DNA of 62,573 bases, filler included, from Bipalium vagum (lineage: Eukaryota), in assembly GCA_037834085.1 (NCBI GenBank). It is 3 parts of 3 records of this genome, joined end to end, with 100 filler letters (N's around TTAATTAATTAA, not from the genome) between each part and the next. Parts side by side here need not be neighbours in the genome. Positions count along the whole stretch, not along the records: positions 34,439 to 62,573 come from JBBMKC010066509.1; 2 more parts are not named here. One strand, written 5' to 3'. The notes under the pieces were generated by a model. It was given only the letters and a program-made list of their open reading frames with translations. It did not search any database and was not told the origin of the DNA. Both the position numbers and the translations under genes were made by a program. Position 1 is the first letter of the stretch. Each line of letters starts with the position of its first letter. Below are positions 34,439 to 48,100 of the stretch, piece by piece.

Positions 34439-35228
34439 TCTTTTTCTTTGATGTCGGTCATCAATCTCATCAAATCTTTAATTTCGCTTCCTTTCTCCAG
34501 CCTTCGCATTCTAACCTCTCGTGCGACCTCCTCATCTCCAATGCATTGTACCAAGAACAGTGCTTCAAGCTTTTCAACGGTCAGATCATGTGACAGTGCT
34601 TTCTCTACCAATGATCTTACCTTCCTAAAAAAGCCTTCAATGTCCTCACTGCCTCTTCTATATATTATTAATTCTTCCCAGTCGTCAACGACATTTTTTT
34701 CTTTCTCGAACAATAGACGGATTCTAGCTTCAGATCCGCTTGCCTTCCCAAATTTTTCTTCGTAGGCCTCCCATAGATCTTCATATAACAGCGCATAAAT
34801 CGCTGTTTCTCTTTTCTTTATTGGGGTCTCCTTAATGTCAAAGTATCTTTGACATCTTTATATAAAACACCCCACATCGTCTCCTTTTCTTAGTATATCA
34901 GGAGCTATTCTGTCTGCGATCTAGTCCGACAGTGTTGATGCCGCCAAGTTATATTTTTGTGTAGTCATTTGTAAATCAGAATTTTATATTTTATTTATAT
35001 TAAAAATATTAGTACAACAATTATAGTACACTAAATCTCTTGAGATCTATTAGAACTTGTTCTTTAATATTAAAATGGTAGTAAGAGGCTGAAAGTTGGT
35101 TTCTCTCTCTACCTAGGTAACCCAATGTTGACCAAAGAAATCCAAAGTGTATAGGCATAGTGATCTTTCTTATTTAATATCATAATTCTAATCTATGTTA
35201 TCATTTTATAATTGACCCAATTATAACT
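34439..35228 (-). mobile_element. Gypsy-like retrotransposon 5' end: 282-bp LTR, PBS and gag N-terminus
   Basis: LTR 34947-35228 with AGTTATA...TATAACT inverted termini, followed directly (minus) by PBS-like TGGCGGCATC, then a gag-like frame IAPDILRKGDDVGCFI*RCQRYFDI...EDIEGFFRKVR running into the gap. Confidence 0.75.
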
Positions 35229-36283
35229 AACTTGACTTTGAATCACAATTCCTCCTCCACTAGGTATAAAACCTACAGTTTTGGTAATTTTTATTTTAAA
35301 GCGTATTCTATTATGTTTGCTTGTTTTCATAATTTGCTGTCATATTTTGTTTTTATTTTATATATTATAAATTTCATATAGATTTAAAGTACCGAAAATA
35401 ATTTAATAATTAAAAATAATTTATTAATTTCGAATTTATATTTGATATTTCACCAATTAAATATTATAAAATTATAGACTCAATGGTATCTTGGGATTTT
35501 CATTTTATAATTTCTTAAAATTACTTTTGTCATTCTAATTATTTATTGTAATGTCATGGTTTTATAAATTTAGTTTCTTTTATTATGGTGACAAATTTGA
35601 TTGAAATTGAAATGTTTTATCTCTGATTTCCAACTCTATGGTTTATGAAAACTTTCGACTATCTCATTATTTATTTAGAGACTTTTCATTGTCATTATAT
35701 TTTTTTGGCTAGTTTGTAAAGTTTTATTATTAAAACAAAACGATATAATTTGAATAGTGTATATTAATGGACCAGTGTATTGAATAAAAAAAATTTCTTT
35801 AAATTATAAATTCAAAAATAAAAATTAAATAATTATGGTAACCTTTATTTATTTATTATTAATTCAGAGTAAAAAAATATGGAAACTCTGTTCTTTCGAA
35901 AGATGTGTCTCTGTTTAAGGGGTTGATATTTCATCTTTATGAGTTTAAAATTTTAACAATCTTAAACTGTTCATTCTTTTTTCATATTTTTATATAATCA
36001 TTGGAGATCGTAAGAAATTTTAAAATCTAATTAGCTATTGTATTTTTCTTTTATTTTAGATTGATAATACTGGGCTTAAAAACTGAAAATAGATATAATC
36101 AAATAATTAATGAGCAAAGCGAATTCGACCTAACAAAATATAATATTTTATTGTCCCGACAATGGAAATTGAGACAAAGTAAAAAGTTTTTTTAAAAACT
36201 TTTATAATAATAAAATATTATTAAAAAAATAGTAATGATAATTATAACTAAGATGGTAATCTTTACAATGAGAGTTTTTCCAA

Positions 36284-36633
36284 TTAAAATTTGGAAATCT
36301 CTTGTCTGAAAAGGGGCTTAATAACAATTAAAAATAGTGTTATTATTATCGTCAATATTGAAAAAAGAATTCCCACATATTTGTCAATACGTCTAGCAAG
36401 GGTTTGATAGTAAAGTTGTGTATCTAAAACTTTACATTGCGAAATTGGAGAATGTTCATCAATATTCCAATCAATACAAGTTTGATTAACAGTGAGACGA
36501 TCTGAATACGATATTAAAGATTGATTTTTATATGGGATCCTTGGTTGACTACCGAGATGATGTATCTTAATTCCTATTACCACCAACATAACGGAAATTG
36601 ACGTGAGCCCCATATTAACCGATATATAAATAC
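36284..36633 (-). CDS. nAChR-like last exon (M3, short loop, M4)
   Basis: [26 protein letters not shown]...[38 protein letters not shown]. Confidence 0.9.
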
Positions 36634-39600
36634 CTAAAACACATTAACATCTATCTTATTAATTTTAATGTATAACAAATAATAAAATGAAAAATGAAAA
36701 AAAAGTGTATGTATCAAATTTTCAATGATGGATTTCATAAATTGTCACAAATTAATTTTAATAAAAATTTACTGACTTTAAAATTTGTTGAAGACCGAAA
36801 CTGAAATCAACGTACCACGTAACATTTAACTTATATATTAGATTGTAAAGAAATAAATGATGGTTTAACATTGAACTTTAATAGTAAACCGTAAAATTAT
36901 CAGAGTGGGTAATAAGATATATATTTTGCTATATATTACTAAAACATGAAACAAACCACACACTATTTTAATCCATAATGTAATCACCATTCATATAAAT
37001 GATATTTCGTCATCTTACAGTAAAAGCACGAATCCTTTGTTGAAAAATTCAGGTTTTTGTGAGTCAAAATAAGTCTTGACCAAAATTTCAATGCCCTCTG
37101 TATTTTTTAAATTGTTTTCCAGCCAAACTGTGATACATGGACCTGAACAAGTAGTAGTCCGTTGGCGCCAGATCATGCTGTTTGGCGGATGAAGAAGAAC
37201 ATCACAACCTAATTCCTCTAATTTTAGCTGCGTCAATTATGTAACAATTCAGTTTTTACGGTATTTACTTCTTGTCGACGAAGACCGTAGTCCACACAGC
37301 TTAAATGTTGGCAATAACGTTCTGCAATTATTGTTTCTCCTCAACAACTCAAAATAAACTAGACCATGTATATTCCGTCAGACACAACGAAGTATCTTAT
37401 TGTCTTGATTTTGAACTTTTGGGGTTGGTATGGCTTCATCAAATTTGCTCAATCATTGCAGTCTTTATGTGGATTTTCATATTGAATCAACTTTTCATCT
37501 GATGTTAATGAATTGGACAGTTTCTTTGAATTTTTAGACCACGAGAGCAATGAAGAACAGAGAAGATTTACGATTGGTTTTGTTGCTCTCTGAAAAATCA
37601 TGGGGAATCCATTTTCCATGTTTTCGCAAGGCGATATAGGTTGTTACAAATAGACTTCTGAGCCCAATCGAATTTATAAGCAAAGTCTGTCGTGAATTGT
37701 TAAGGATCTGACTCAATGCTTTCTTTCAACAAGTCCAAATTCATACTCAAAGATTGATGTACATGTTCTGAATCCTCCAGACTCTCGTCTCTATCTTTAA
37801 ATCTCATAAACCAATTTTGATATTGACATTCCGATATAACTTTGTTACCAAAAGCTTTTTGCACGTTTTAGCTGCAATTTCACCCAATTTGGATTGAAAT
37901 AAAAGAGCGACACGGAAAACATATTTTTGATCAATCATAATAAATTCAAATCTTTCTGCAATACTTAAATATTATTAAAACAAATTGCATTAAATATATT
38001 TATTTTTCTTAAATAACGAAATACAATTTTCAATTATTAATTGATTTACAACTATAAATATTCAAATATCACTTTATAAAGTAGACCAAAATTTTTTATT
38101 CAGCATAATAGTAGTAAGTCTTAAATATTAATAATATATAAAGTTAGTTTTATTCTAAAATATATATATTTGTTTCTAATATTTTAATATCAGAGTTTTA
38201 GATAATTTAATGAACTAATTTAATAATAAAAAATTATTATGATCTCTTTTGTGGGCATTAAAAATCTTCATACTCATCATAATAATTATGCTCAATTCGC
38301 TCAGATTAAATATGATTAAAGAATTTTTAAAATGATAAAAAATATTTAACAAAAATACTAACCTATAAGTGGAGTGAACTCTGATGTCGCTGGCATTTTT
38401 TCAGTGACCATTAGTAAGAACACTGAATATAGTAACAAAACTGTTAGACTTAATGTAACCTTTTCTCCTGATTCTGAAGGTAAAATAAATGCCACTAATG
38501 TTAACATTGATAGCATGATACAGGGAAATGTGACGTTGATTATGTAATATAGATTTCTGTAAAAATAATTGAATTAAAAGAAGAATAGTTAATTTAATCT
38601 TTTATTAATGTATCCATTTAATACCACCAAAAAGATTTTTAAATTAATGGTTTATACAATTATATTAATAATTTTCATTAAAATGTAATTTACTTTTTAA
38701 ATAAACGAGTTTAATCAAATTAAGACAAGATCTACTTAAATATATTAAAAAATATTTTTTAAAAATATTAAAATACTTAAAACATGTTTCTAACTTTTCA
38801 TTTCAATTCTTCATCAGTCAATAAAATGTTTCTGATATTTACATTTTAACTTGTTAAATAAAGTTATCTAAAAATTTAAAATTATTTTCCTTAATTATTA
38901 TTGGTTATCATCAAATTTCTTAGGCAGGTAAAATTTATTAATCAACAATCAACATTTTCACAAGCATTGCTAATAGCATGCGTGACCTTTTTTGGTTGCG
39001 CATTCATTGATCCTTTTCGGCATCGATTCAATTAAACACGAACATTACTCACCAATTAGTTCATTTTATTGTTTATTGAGGTGCTGACGAAGTTTTAGTA
39101 TGGTTGCTGGTGGATGGTCAATTAAAATTTTGTGGATGTCATAATATTAAAAAATAGGAGACAGTAGCATCATCTCAGAATACAAATTATTGAGAATTCA
39201 CAACCAAGCAGAACTAGCAAGGTATTAGATCACTCATTAAACTTGCATCCAAAGAAGGCTATGGTAACTGTTTGTGGTCTGCTGCCGGACTAATCAATCA
39301 TAGCTTTCTCAACCATCACAACAGAGAGGTAGTGTCAGGAAATTGAGAAAACGCATAGCAAAAATTGAAACAAAACGGCATTGGTAAATAGAAAAGGTCC
39401 TATTCTCCTACACGACAATGTTCGGCCACACGTTTAATGATCATGGGCCGGAAGTTGCAATACTCTGGATATGAAAATCTCGACCATCCACTATATTCTC
39501 CAGACCTTTCGTCCACGGACTTCAACTTTTCAAAGATTTCGACAGTTTCCTACGTGACAAATAGTTCAAGAATCATGATGATGTCCAACAGGTCTTCAAC

Positions 39601-42600
39601 GACTTTGTCGACTCCAGAAATTTATGAAATCTATTTCCGGCCAACCTAATAAGTCTCACACACATACACAATGAGGGAAATAAATTTAATAAATATCACA
39701 TAGATTCGGGTGACATTCCCAGATACTTTTTTTGGTGAGAAAATTTTCAAGGGTTTGGTTTTTTATCTCCGTATGTTACAAGAATTTTTGACTAAATGTC
39801 GTTATATGCCAATCAATCATTTTATTTTATCATTTCCAGCAACCTCAAATGCAATTGCTGGAACAGTTTTTGGTTGCAATTTAAAATTATTTTTATATAT
39901 TCAATTTCATTTGTAACCATGTTGCCAATAATATTTTTTTATACTTTTTACAGTTTTTCCTTTTATATACATCTAATACTTTATTTTTAAAATTTTTTTT
40001 ATTTTTTAATTTTAACTTTTGAGATTTGTCCAGCGAACTTTTGGAGCCCCTATTTCAGAGGATAATGGTTAATAACATTATACTGTAAATTTGAAACTCA
40101 TATGTTTAAGCAGCAAACTAAAACAAAGAAAATTTAAATCGGTAGATAAATGAGAACCCCAGAGGCTAAAAAATTTTAACAACTGAAAAAAAACTTAGTT
40201 CGTTACCTGATAATATTAAAAAATGCTTTTGTATGGTCGATTAAATTGAGGTATCAAAGTTTTATATGTAAACAAAATAATCTCGATGTCTTTTGAAGAA
40301 ATTTAGCCATTCTTTGATATCGTTGGTTTTTTTTCGGCAGATAGAGACAGATTAAAATATCGATGAATTGTAATTACAGTAATATTGATATCGTAAGACC
40401 TTGGAACTTGCATGAATGTTATAGATGTAGTTTGATTAATCACAGATAGTAGCTTGATCTTTAATCTGCTTGTATTGATATCTTCCTTGGTCGACCTGGC
40501 ATATAATTTCCATTGATCCGCTTCCGACCAATATTTTCTTGTAAGCCTGACTTGAGACATACAAGTGTAATGCTATGGATTCTTAGAATATCCTTTTTCC
40601 AATAATAAAGTAATTTTTGCGTGAAATTCTCTTGAAAAACTTGCCATGATTAATTTCAATAATCACTTATTTCTAAGAACTGCGAAATTCCAGGAATATA
40701 TTTATTATTCTATTTTAATCTATTAAAACACAAAAAATATGTTAAATAATCTATATATAAATATAAACCAATACATCTTTGTAGTAAAGAAAAAATCGAT
40801 GAATTATGATCAACATTATACAACATGACAGATTATTGAAGCATTTAAACAAGTATTACAAATTTAACTTACACACATTAACTACTTTGAAAACTGTATT
40901 CCTTCATTATCATCCTAATAATATAATTGACTAAATAAAAATTACTTCTCCTAATTAAACCATTTTCACAAAATATAATTGTTTACGTCATTGTTTATAT
41001 GGGCTAGCTTGAACAATAAGTTATCATTTCCAATAGTAATAAAACTGTCAAAAGAGTATTTCATTATTTCAATTCATTTGTGAAATATTTCGCAACGTGT
41101 CAAATTAAATCAGAGGAATAAATCAGTTGTAGGATACAGTTATATTTATTTAGTAACTATTTTATCTCCCTAAGTTTCAGGACTATTCTAGGATGATTTC
41201 AGTATAAATTTATAAAATATGATTCTAAAGTTAAAGTGGTAATGGGCTCAAAATTTTTTTTAGAATTATGATTAATTTAATGATGGTAGAGTAATGTAAA
41301 ATTTAGAATAATTAACGTAATTCTAATGAATATATAGGGGTCCGCAAAAAAGCTTCGTTTTTTCTAAATTATTTATTATACTACAAAAACATAAAACATA
41401 CAACTCAAAATTGGTAAAATATATAATTTTATATAAAAAATATAATTTTGTAAAAACGAAGTTTTTTTTGCGGACTCCTATACTTTAATTAAATTAATAT
41501 TTAAATAATTACAGGGTGTCGCGTATATAGTGTTACGGTATACTTTTGACAAAAATTTGGGTAGACAACAAGTCTCAGATAACGAATATTTAAATTCATT
41601 TAATATGCTTACAAATAAGGAGAACAAACAGTTGTATTATATACAAATTAAATAATATATTTAAATGACGAAATTTGTTATACATACACGGTTTTCTTGG
41701 TGGTAAAATAATTTGATTTAGAGAAATTTTATTATGACAAACATTTTTCGAATTTCTGAATTCATTAACAGCAAAATCGTTTTCTTATAAGGTAATCTAA
41801 TCAACTACATATGTTGATATCTTAATTGAAGCTCTGCTTCGACAGACCTTCCTCCTTCGAGAAAAGAATATACGAATAAATAATATTATCCGATATTTGT
41901 TTAATACTATAAGCGGGTAACACATCTCATCTCATTTATTTTAACGTGAAAGGTTTTGTAGCACGCCATGTGACAAGTTCACTTTCCAATGACGGTTAGT
42001 CCATTCTGATTGTTTTGATTTACCTATATGAATATAAAAGAGGTGTGAGAACATCAGAAACATATAATTCAATTTGGTTTCAAAGGTCCTGGTAAATTCC
42101 TAATCAAACTATGACTTATTCGTCCAGTTGGCGTTTTCATAAAACTCTTCGTTTATTCTATATGTCCTTGACAGAAACAACATAGATTCTATCATTTTGT
42201 TTATTAATATTTTGAAATCCGGAGAAGATTTTCTTGTCTGAAAAGAGACTCGGCCTTCCACGTGTCAAGTTGATTTGGGAAAGAATTATCTGCATTTATC
42301 AAGATGATTTTACTGGATCGTATCGCTAAAGCTTTTGAAAGGATTATTAGTTTATAGGCCGTCAATTCAAGGTCATTTCTCAGAACCCCGTGAATTTTCA
42401 TTCTTGATTTTTGAAGCTCTAGAGCGATTTTCTGATACTTCACCTTTGGATTTTAAACCACTTTGGCAAGCTGTTTATTTCTAATGTTAATACGAAATCC
42501 TGGAGAAGACTTCTTTGTGTTTGTTTTTAGTTTTTAATAAAATAAAATAATAATTATTTTTTATAAAATTAAAGATTAATAGCATAAAACTCGAACCAAT

Positions 42601-45075
42601 AAAAATCGAATTTTTGTAAATAAGTATGACGATTATTTTAAGAAAAACAAAAGCCTAATACTATATATGGGACACCCTGTATATTTTGTGATTAAATTAA
42701 ATCAATGAATTTTGAAAAAATGAAGAATTTTAAAATCCAAAGGTTATAAATAAAACTGTTTATAAATTTCGACTTGATATCTAAGAACTAAATTATGAAC
42801 TTGAAATCTTTTGATGTCAATATAGCGGTTATGGTGGATTCGGCAGATACATTTAATTTTAATACTTTTAATTACCTGCGTTTGAGTTTCAAATAAAACG
42901 ATAATTCAGAATACGTTTCATTTGACTGATGATGAAAAATTTCATTTACGACGGAAGTTGTATTGAATATATTCCATTCCCCGTGCTCTATAAGTTTGCT
43001 CAAATCGACATTTGACTTTAATTTTTTCACTTCAAGCTGTAATAAAAAATTAATTTAAACTTTCAAATTATGATTTGATAATAAATATAATTAAATTCAC
43101 AAAAAAAATTGATTAAATTATTACACACCTGAAAAAAAAATTTTCCCTCTCAATTTTTTAATGCACTCAAAAGTGCATGTTAAATAATGGTGAAATGTAA
43201 ATTATTTTTGAAATCGATCGATTAGATTTTAAGATATTTCAATTTTTATAAAAATTTTAACATATAATATTTTGTTTAAATTAACATATTAAACATAATA
43301 GAAACTTTTCAAATTGAAATCTTTTTGATAAAGGGGCAATTTAAAAGGTATATATTTAGTGTTGCCATGAAATATTTTAATCATTTATGAACTGTTTCCG
43401 GTGTCATGAACAAAAAAAACCATAAAATTAATTCGGATGATTTCTGCTTTGTTTGCGCGAAATTCTTTGGGAGGCATCCAAGAAAATTTAATGCCGCAGT
43501 TCAGGATGCCTATTTTAAATATTTCAAAGTAATAGTAATGATAATAGCAAAGGTTTTGCACCGTCTTATATATATCCTTCTTGCTATCGATATTTATATA
43601 TGTACAGTCGGAATAGCAGTTATAAATTGCCTTTTCAGTGCCCAGCGATTTGGACTGAAAATAAAAGGCATGATTTCAGTATTTTCTATTTCGGCTCAAT
43701 TGAAAAACCGATTATTTATTTTGATTGTGACAATTTTCAAATACCCAGAAATGATTGTCCGGACCTGGCTGACCGCACGACATTGTCACCTTTCAGTAGT
43801 ACTGATTCTAGTAACCAACTCTTTTCAGGATTTTTGTACGGAATTGAATCTGAGCAAGGTGAAATAAAAAAAATGTCTTTCAATGTTAAGGAAAGATCCT
43901 CATATATATGAACACAATTAATTGGTGTTACGATACGGCAAATCGCGAAACCTAAAGAAATTATTCTGGGCTTCTTTTCTTCTCGTGATGGAATGTATTT
44001 TTGTCGTGATATCGCAGGCTTGCTAAATATTTTACAGATTGAATATATCAGAAGTGATTGGTGCATTTTTATAGATTCTTCGATGAAAAGTCTAAAGGCA
44101 GGTCTCATGTACAAAAATAATGATCTGCCCACCTTTCCAATACTCTTAGGACATATGAAAAAAGAACGTGATTCAATCAAGAAAATATTTGAGGTACTTG
44201 ATTACCATAGTCATGAAAGGCTGATTATGTGCGACCTTAAAGTATTAAACTTTATTATGGGTTTAAAAAGTGGATTCGCAAAATACCCATGCTTGTACTG
44301 CACATTTGACTCCAGAAACTGCCATCTTGACTTCAAATAGGATAAAATTTGGCCACCTTGTATATCTTATGACAGTCAGCCGTTAAGAACAGCAGAAAAA
44401 ATTGTTTTACCTGTTTGCACATAAAACTTGGCCTCTTTCAAAAGTTTGTCAAATCCTTGGACAAGAATAGAACATCTCTTTCTTTGGTAATATACGGTTA
44501 CGTAATAAAGGATTACTAGTTTTGTGACATTTTTTTATTTTGTTAAAAGTGATGTAAGTCTAAAATGATTCGACTGATTTCTGTTAAATTTTGTCACCCT
44601 TAATATTATAACATGCATAACTGAATAAAGTTTAAAAAATAAGAGGAAAAAGAAAAAAAAATTATTGTTACAAATGTGTTATATTATTTAAACTTTTTAA
44701 AAAAATTAATTGGTTGAATAAAACAATATTTTTAAATAGTTATTTTACAATGTTTCATTTTGATTTTAGAGTAATTTGAATAAATACCATTACCTCAATG
44801 GTTAGTTAATATTATTTTTATAAATAAAATTATAAGTAATTATCTGTATAAAACGAGTTAATATTTTATTTTCTAAATTATGAAAGCGATTTATTGCTCA
44901 AATTTTAAATAATAATAATAATAACTATAATACAGCTTTTGACTTTATTTTTACAAATAAAACCTTTTTTTAGAATTGTTATTTATCAATCAACCAATTT
45001 ATGAAACTGCTTTCTATTTTCTGATTTCAAATGAGTTATTATTCTATTGGGATTTCTCTCTTCTGGCTTTGGCTC

Positions 45076-45157
<82 letters not shown>

Positions 45158-48100
45158 GGATAATAAATGAAAAGCACAATATTTCAAACTATGTATACAT
45201 TATAGATTGTTGATTTCACTTAGCAAATAGAAAATGTTTATCAGTACATTTGAGTTATTTTATATACATATATATTGTAAAAAATAGAACAATGAAAATT
45301 ATTAAACTTTTGATAATGTACACAAAACCTTTATTTTTCTTTAATTAAGAATAAATATCTTTTGTGGGGAAAATATATTTTACTGCATATACTACTACAA
45401 TAGAATTACGTGGATTAAATAGATTAAGTCACGCAATACGTACAATTGATTATAATATCATATTATTTTAGTTGGACTACTTTCCGGAAATAATTAATAT
45501 TTACATTTAGAAAAATCAACTTTTATTTTCATTTTCTCTATTCATTTAGAAAAAAGTTTAAGCAAAAATTTCCCGTTTTTCTAATATTTATAGTGAAATT
45601 TTCCACTGTCCATTATATTTTGTTTAGCAACCATCGATTGGATAAATTTATTTTATTTGCAGTTAATGACAACATGTATAAGAAATTTTACAAAAGGATA
45701 GAGAACAATCATATAATAATAATTATAAAAGTAATAATAATAAATATTATTATTATTTTAATATATTATGTTACATTATAAATTTAAAAAATATTAGAAT
45801 TTTGATTTATTACTAAAAATTTTTATTAAAATTCGGTTTTTTTATCATTAATAAACAAGTTATTTTGTCACATTAATTGTTTTCTTTTAACCATTTAATT
45901 ATTAAGTATGAGAATTAGTTCCCATTGTTTTGTTATAGATTAATTTTTATTATAAATACCGTTTATTTGGCATTGAAAATAAAACTAAAAAGTAATATTG
46001 TAATATATCTATAAGATATCAATAGTTAGTTTTTGTTTTAACTGATTAAATAGTTTATTTAGTTTATCGAAAATACAAAATCATAGACCAAGAAAACAGC
46101 ATTTCCAGGAATCATTATTATTTTACTACAATTTAAAGAAGTCAACAGTCGAAGCTCATAGATTAACGATTGTGAATATGCCCTGTCTGAACCAACATGT
46201 CGAGAATGGTATCGACGATTTAAGACAAGTGACTTTTTCTTCAAAGACAAAGAACGTTCAGGACAACCAAAGTTCGAAGATGATAATTTACGAGGAATTA
46301 TTATAGAAGACCCATGCAAAACGCTTGAAGAAATATCACAGACAGGTCAACTGTTGCTAAACGGACGCATGCTTTGGTAATAATTTAAAAGTATGGAAAT
46401 GGATACCATATAATTTGACCGAAAGGTAACAAGAAAATCGTGAAACTGTTTGCAAAATGTTACTTACAAGGCACTCATTTTTGCATCGAATTATAACTGG
46501 TGATGGGAAATGGATTTGGTATAAGAATCCCAAGCTTAGAAAATCATGGACAATGCCCGGAGATCCATCAAAATCGACAGTACAAAAATGGACGAACAGA
46601 TGTAAATTGATGCTATGTATCTAGCGAGAGGAAACGGGAATATTGTACCATGAACTTATCAAACTGTAATCAGTGATTGATACCAGCAACAAGTACTCTA
46701 TTTATGTCGAGCAATAAGTACCAAGAGACCACAATATGGCCTAAGACATAATCATATCATTTTTTAACACGATAACACCAGGCAACATCTTGCAAAACCA
46801 GTTAAAGAAACATTGAAGACTTGGCTGCGAAGTTCTACCTCACATGCCGTATTCACCAGACATAGCGTCATCTGACTTCTTGCTGGACAGGCCTTGAATT
46901 TCTATAAAGATATCAAAAATGGATGAATCAATGGATTGCTTCAAGAAAGGATCAGGATTTCTTTTACCGCAAAATCCATTTTTCGCCCGAAAGATGATCA
47001 AAAGTTGTAGCTGCCAACGGTAAATATATCGACTGAAGTAAATGTTCTGTTACTTTTTAAAAAACGACTTTATTTTAATAAAAAAACGATGGGAATTAAT
47101 TCCCATATCTAATAGTAGAATGATTGAAAATTAATAAAAAATCAATTTGCATTTTTCTTTTATAGAAAATATCAATAATATGAGTGAACCAAGCTGTATA
47201 ATAGACATAACCTGATTGTTTGAGTATGCCCAAGATCCCAATTTTAAAACACAAATCTGGTCATCAAATGGAAAATACGATATATCTAGTCGACAAGAGC
47301 TTTGCATTGTTACAATCGGTTGCCAAAACAATTTTCCATTGTTGTAAATGGTAATTAATGATTTATGATATTCATTGTATTTTTCATGAACACTAAAGTA
47401 TGTGAGATAACATTAATTAATGTATTCGTTTTCAACAAAAGTAATGATTGTTTTTTTTATAACAAATATATTTATATTTTTTATTATATTTTATCGATAT
47501 TATAACTAATATTTAAGTAATTGTTTAAAATATTTTATTTAAAAATTTTTTGATTGTACAAAAACCAAAATATATAATATATTAAATTTATTGTAATTTA
47601 TTGATTAAGTTCGTCAAGTTAATATTTGATTTATTTTACAAAAAAATGGTGAATATAAAAGACAAAAATATTTAAAATAAATATTTTCTTAAATTATGAT
47701 TTACATTTAAAAATTATTACTATTATAGAATTATTAGAAATCACGGTTAATTTAAGTTCTAAAACGTTGTCATATGCCTTTTTAACATATGAAAATATTT
47801 TTTCCATTTAATTATCCAGAATGGTTTTTTTGCATGAATAAATTTCTTTAAGCAAAGTAGATTTTAATCAATTTGTTTCTCTGTCTCTTTTAGAAAGAGA
47901 AGTTTTGCTCTCTTTCACTGGCTCTGCCATATATCATACTTAATTTTCTCCTGATTTCTCTGATAGTTTCAGTTGATGAGTGCATCAACTCTAATTGTGA
48001 GTCTTTTACTCAAAATGATCTCCAATTGTAGGCCCATTTGCCATTTAAAATCGCCATTTTCAGAAAAATTCAATTTTCTAAAAATGTCTATTAAGCAAAT

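Noticed and set aside
44976-45213. Poly-Ile and poly-Leu ORFs resembling membrane or signal peptides
   Set aside because: Translations of the (ATT)n microsatellite.
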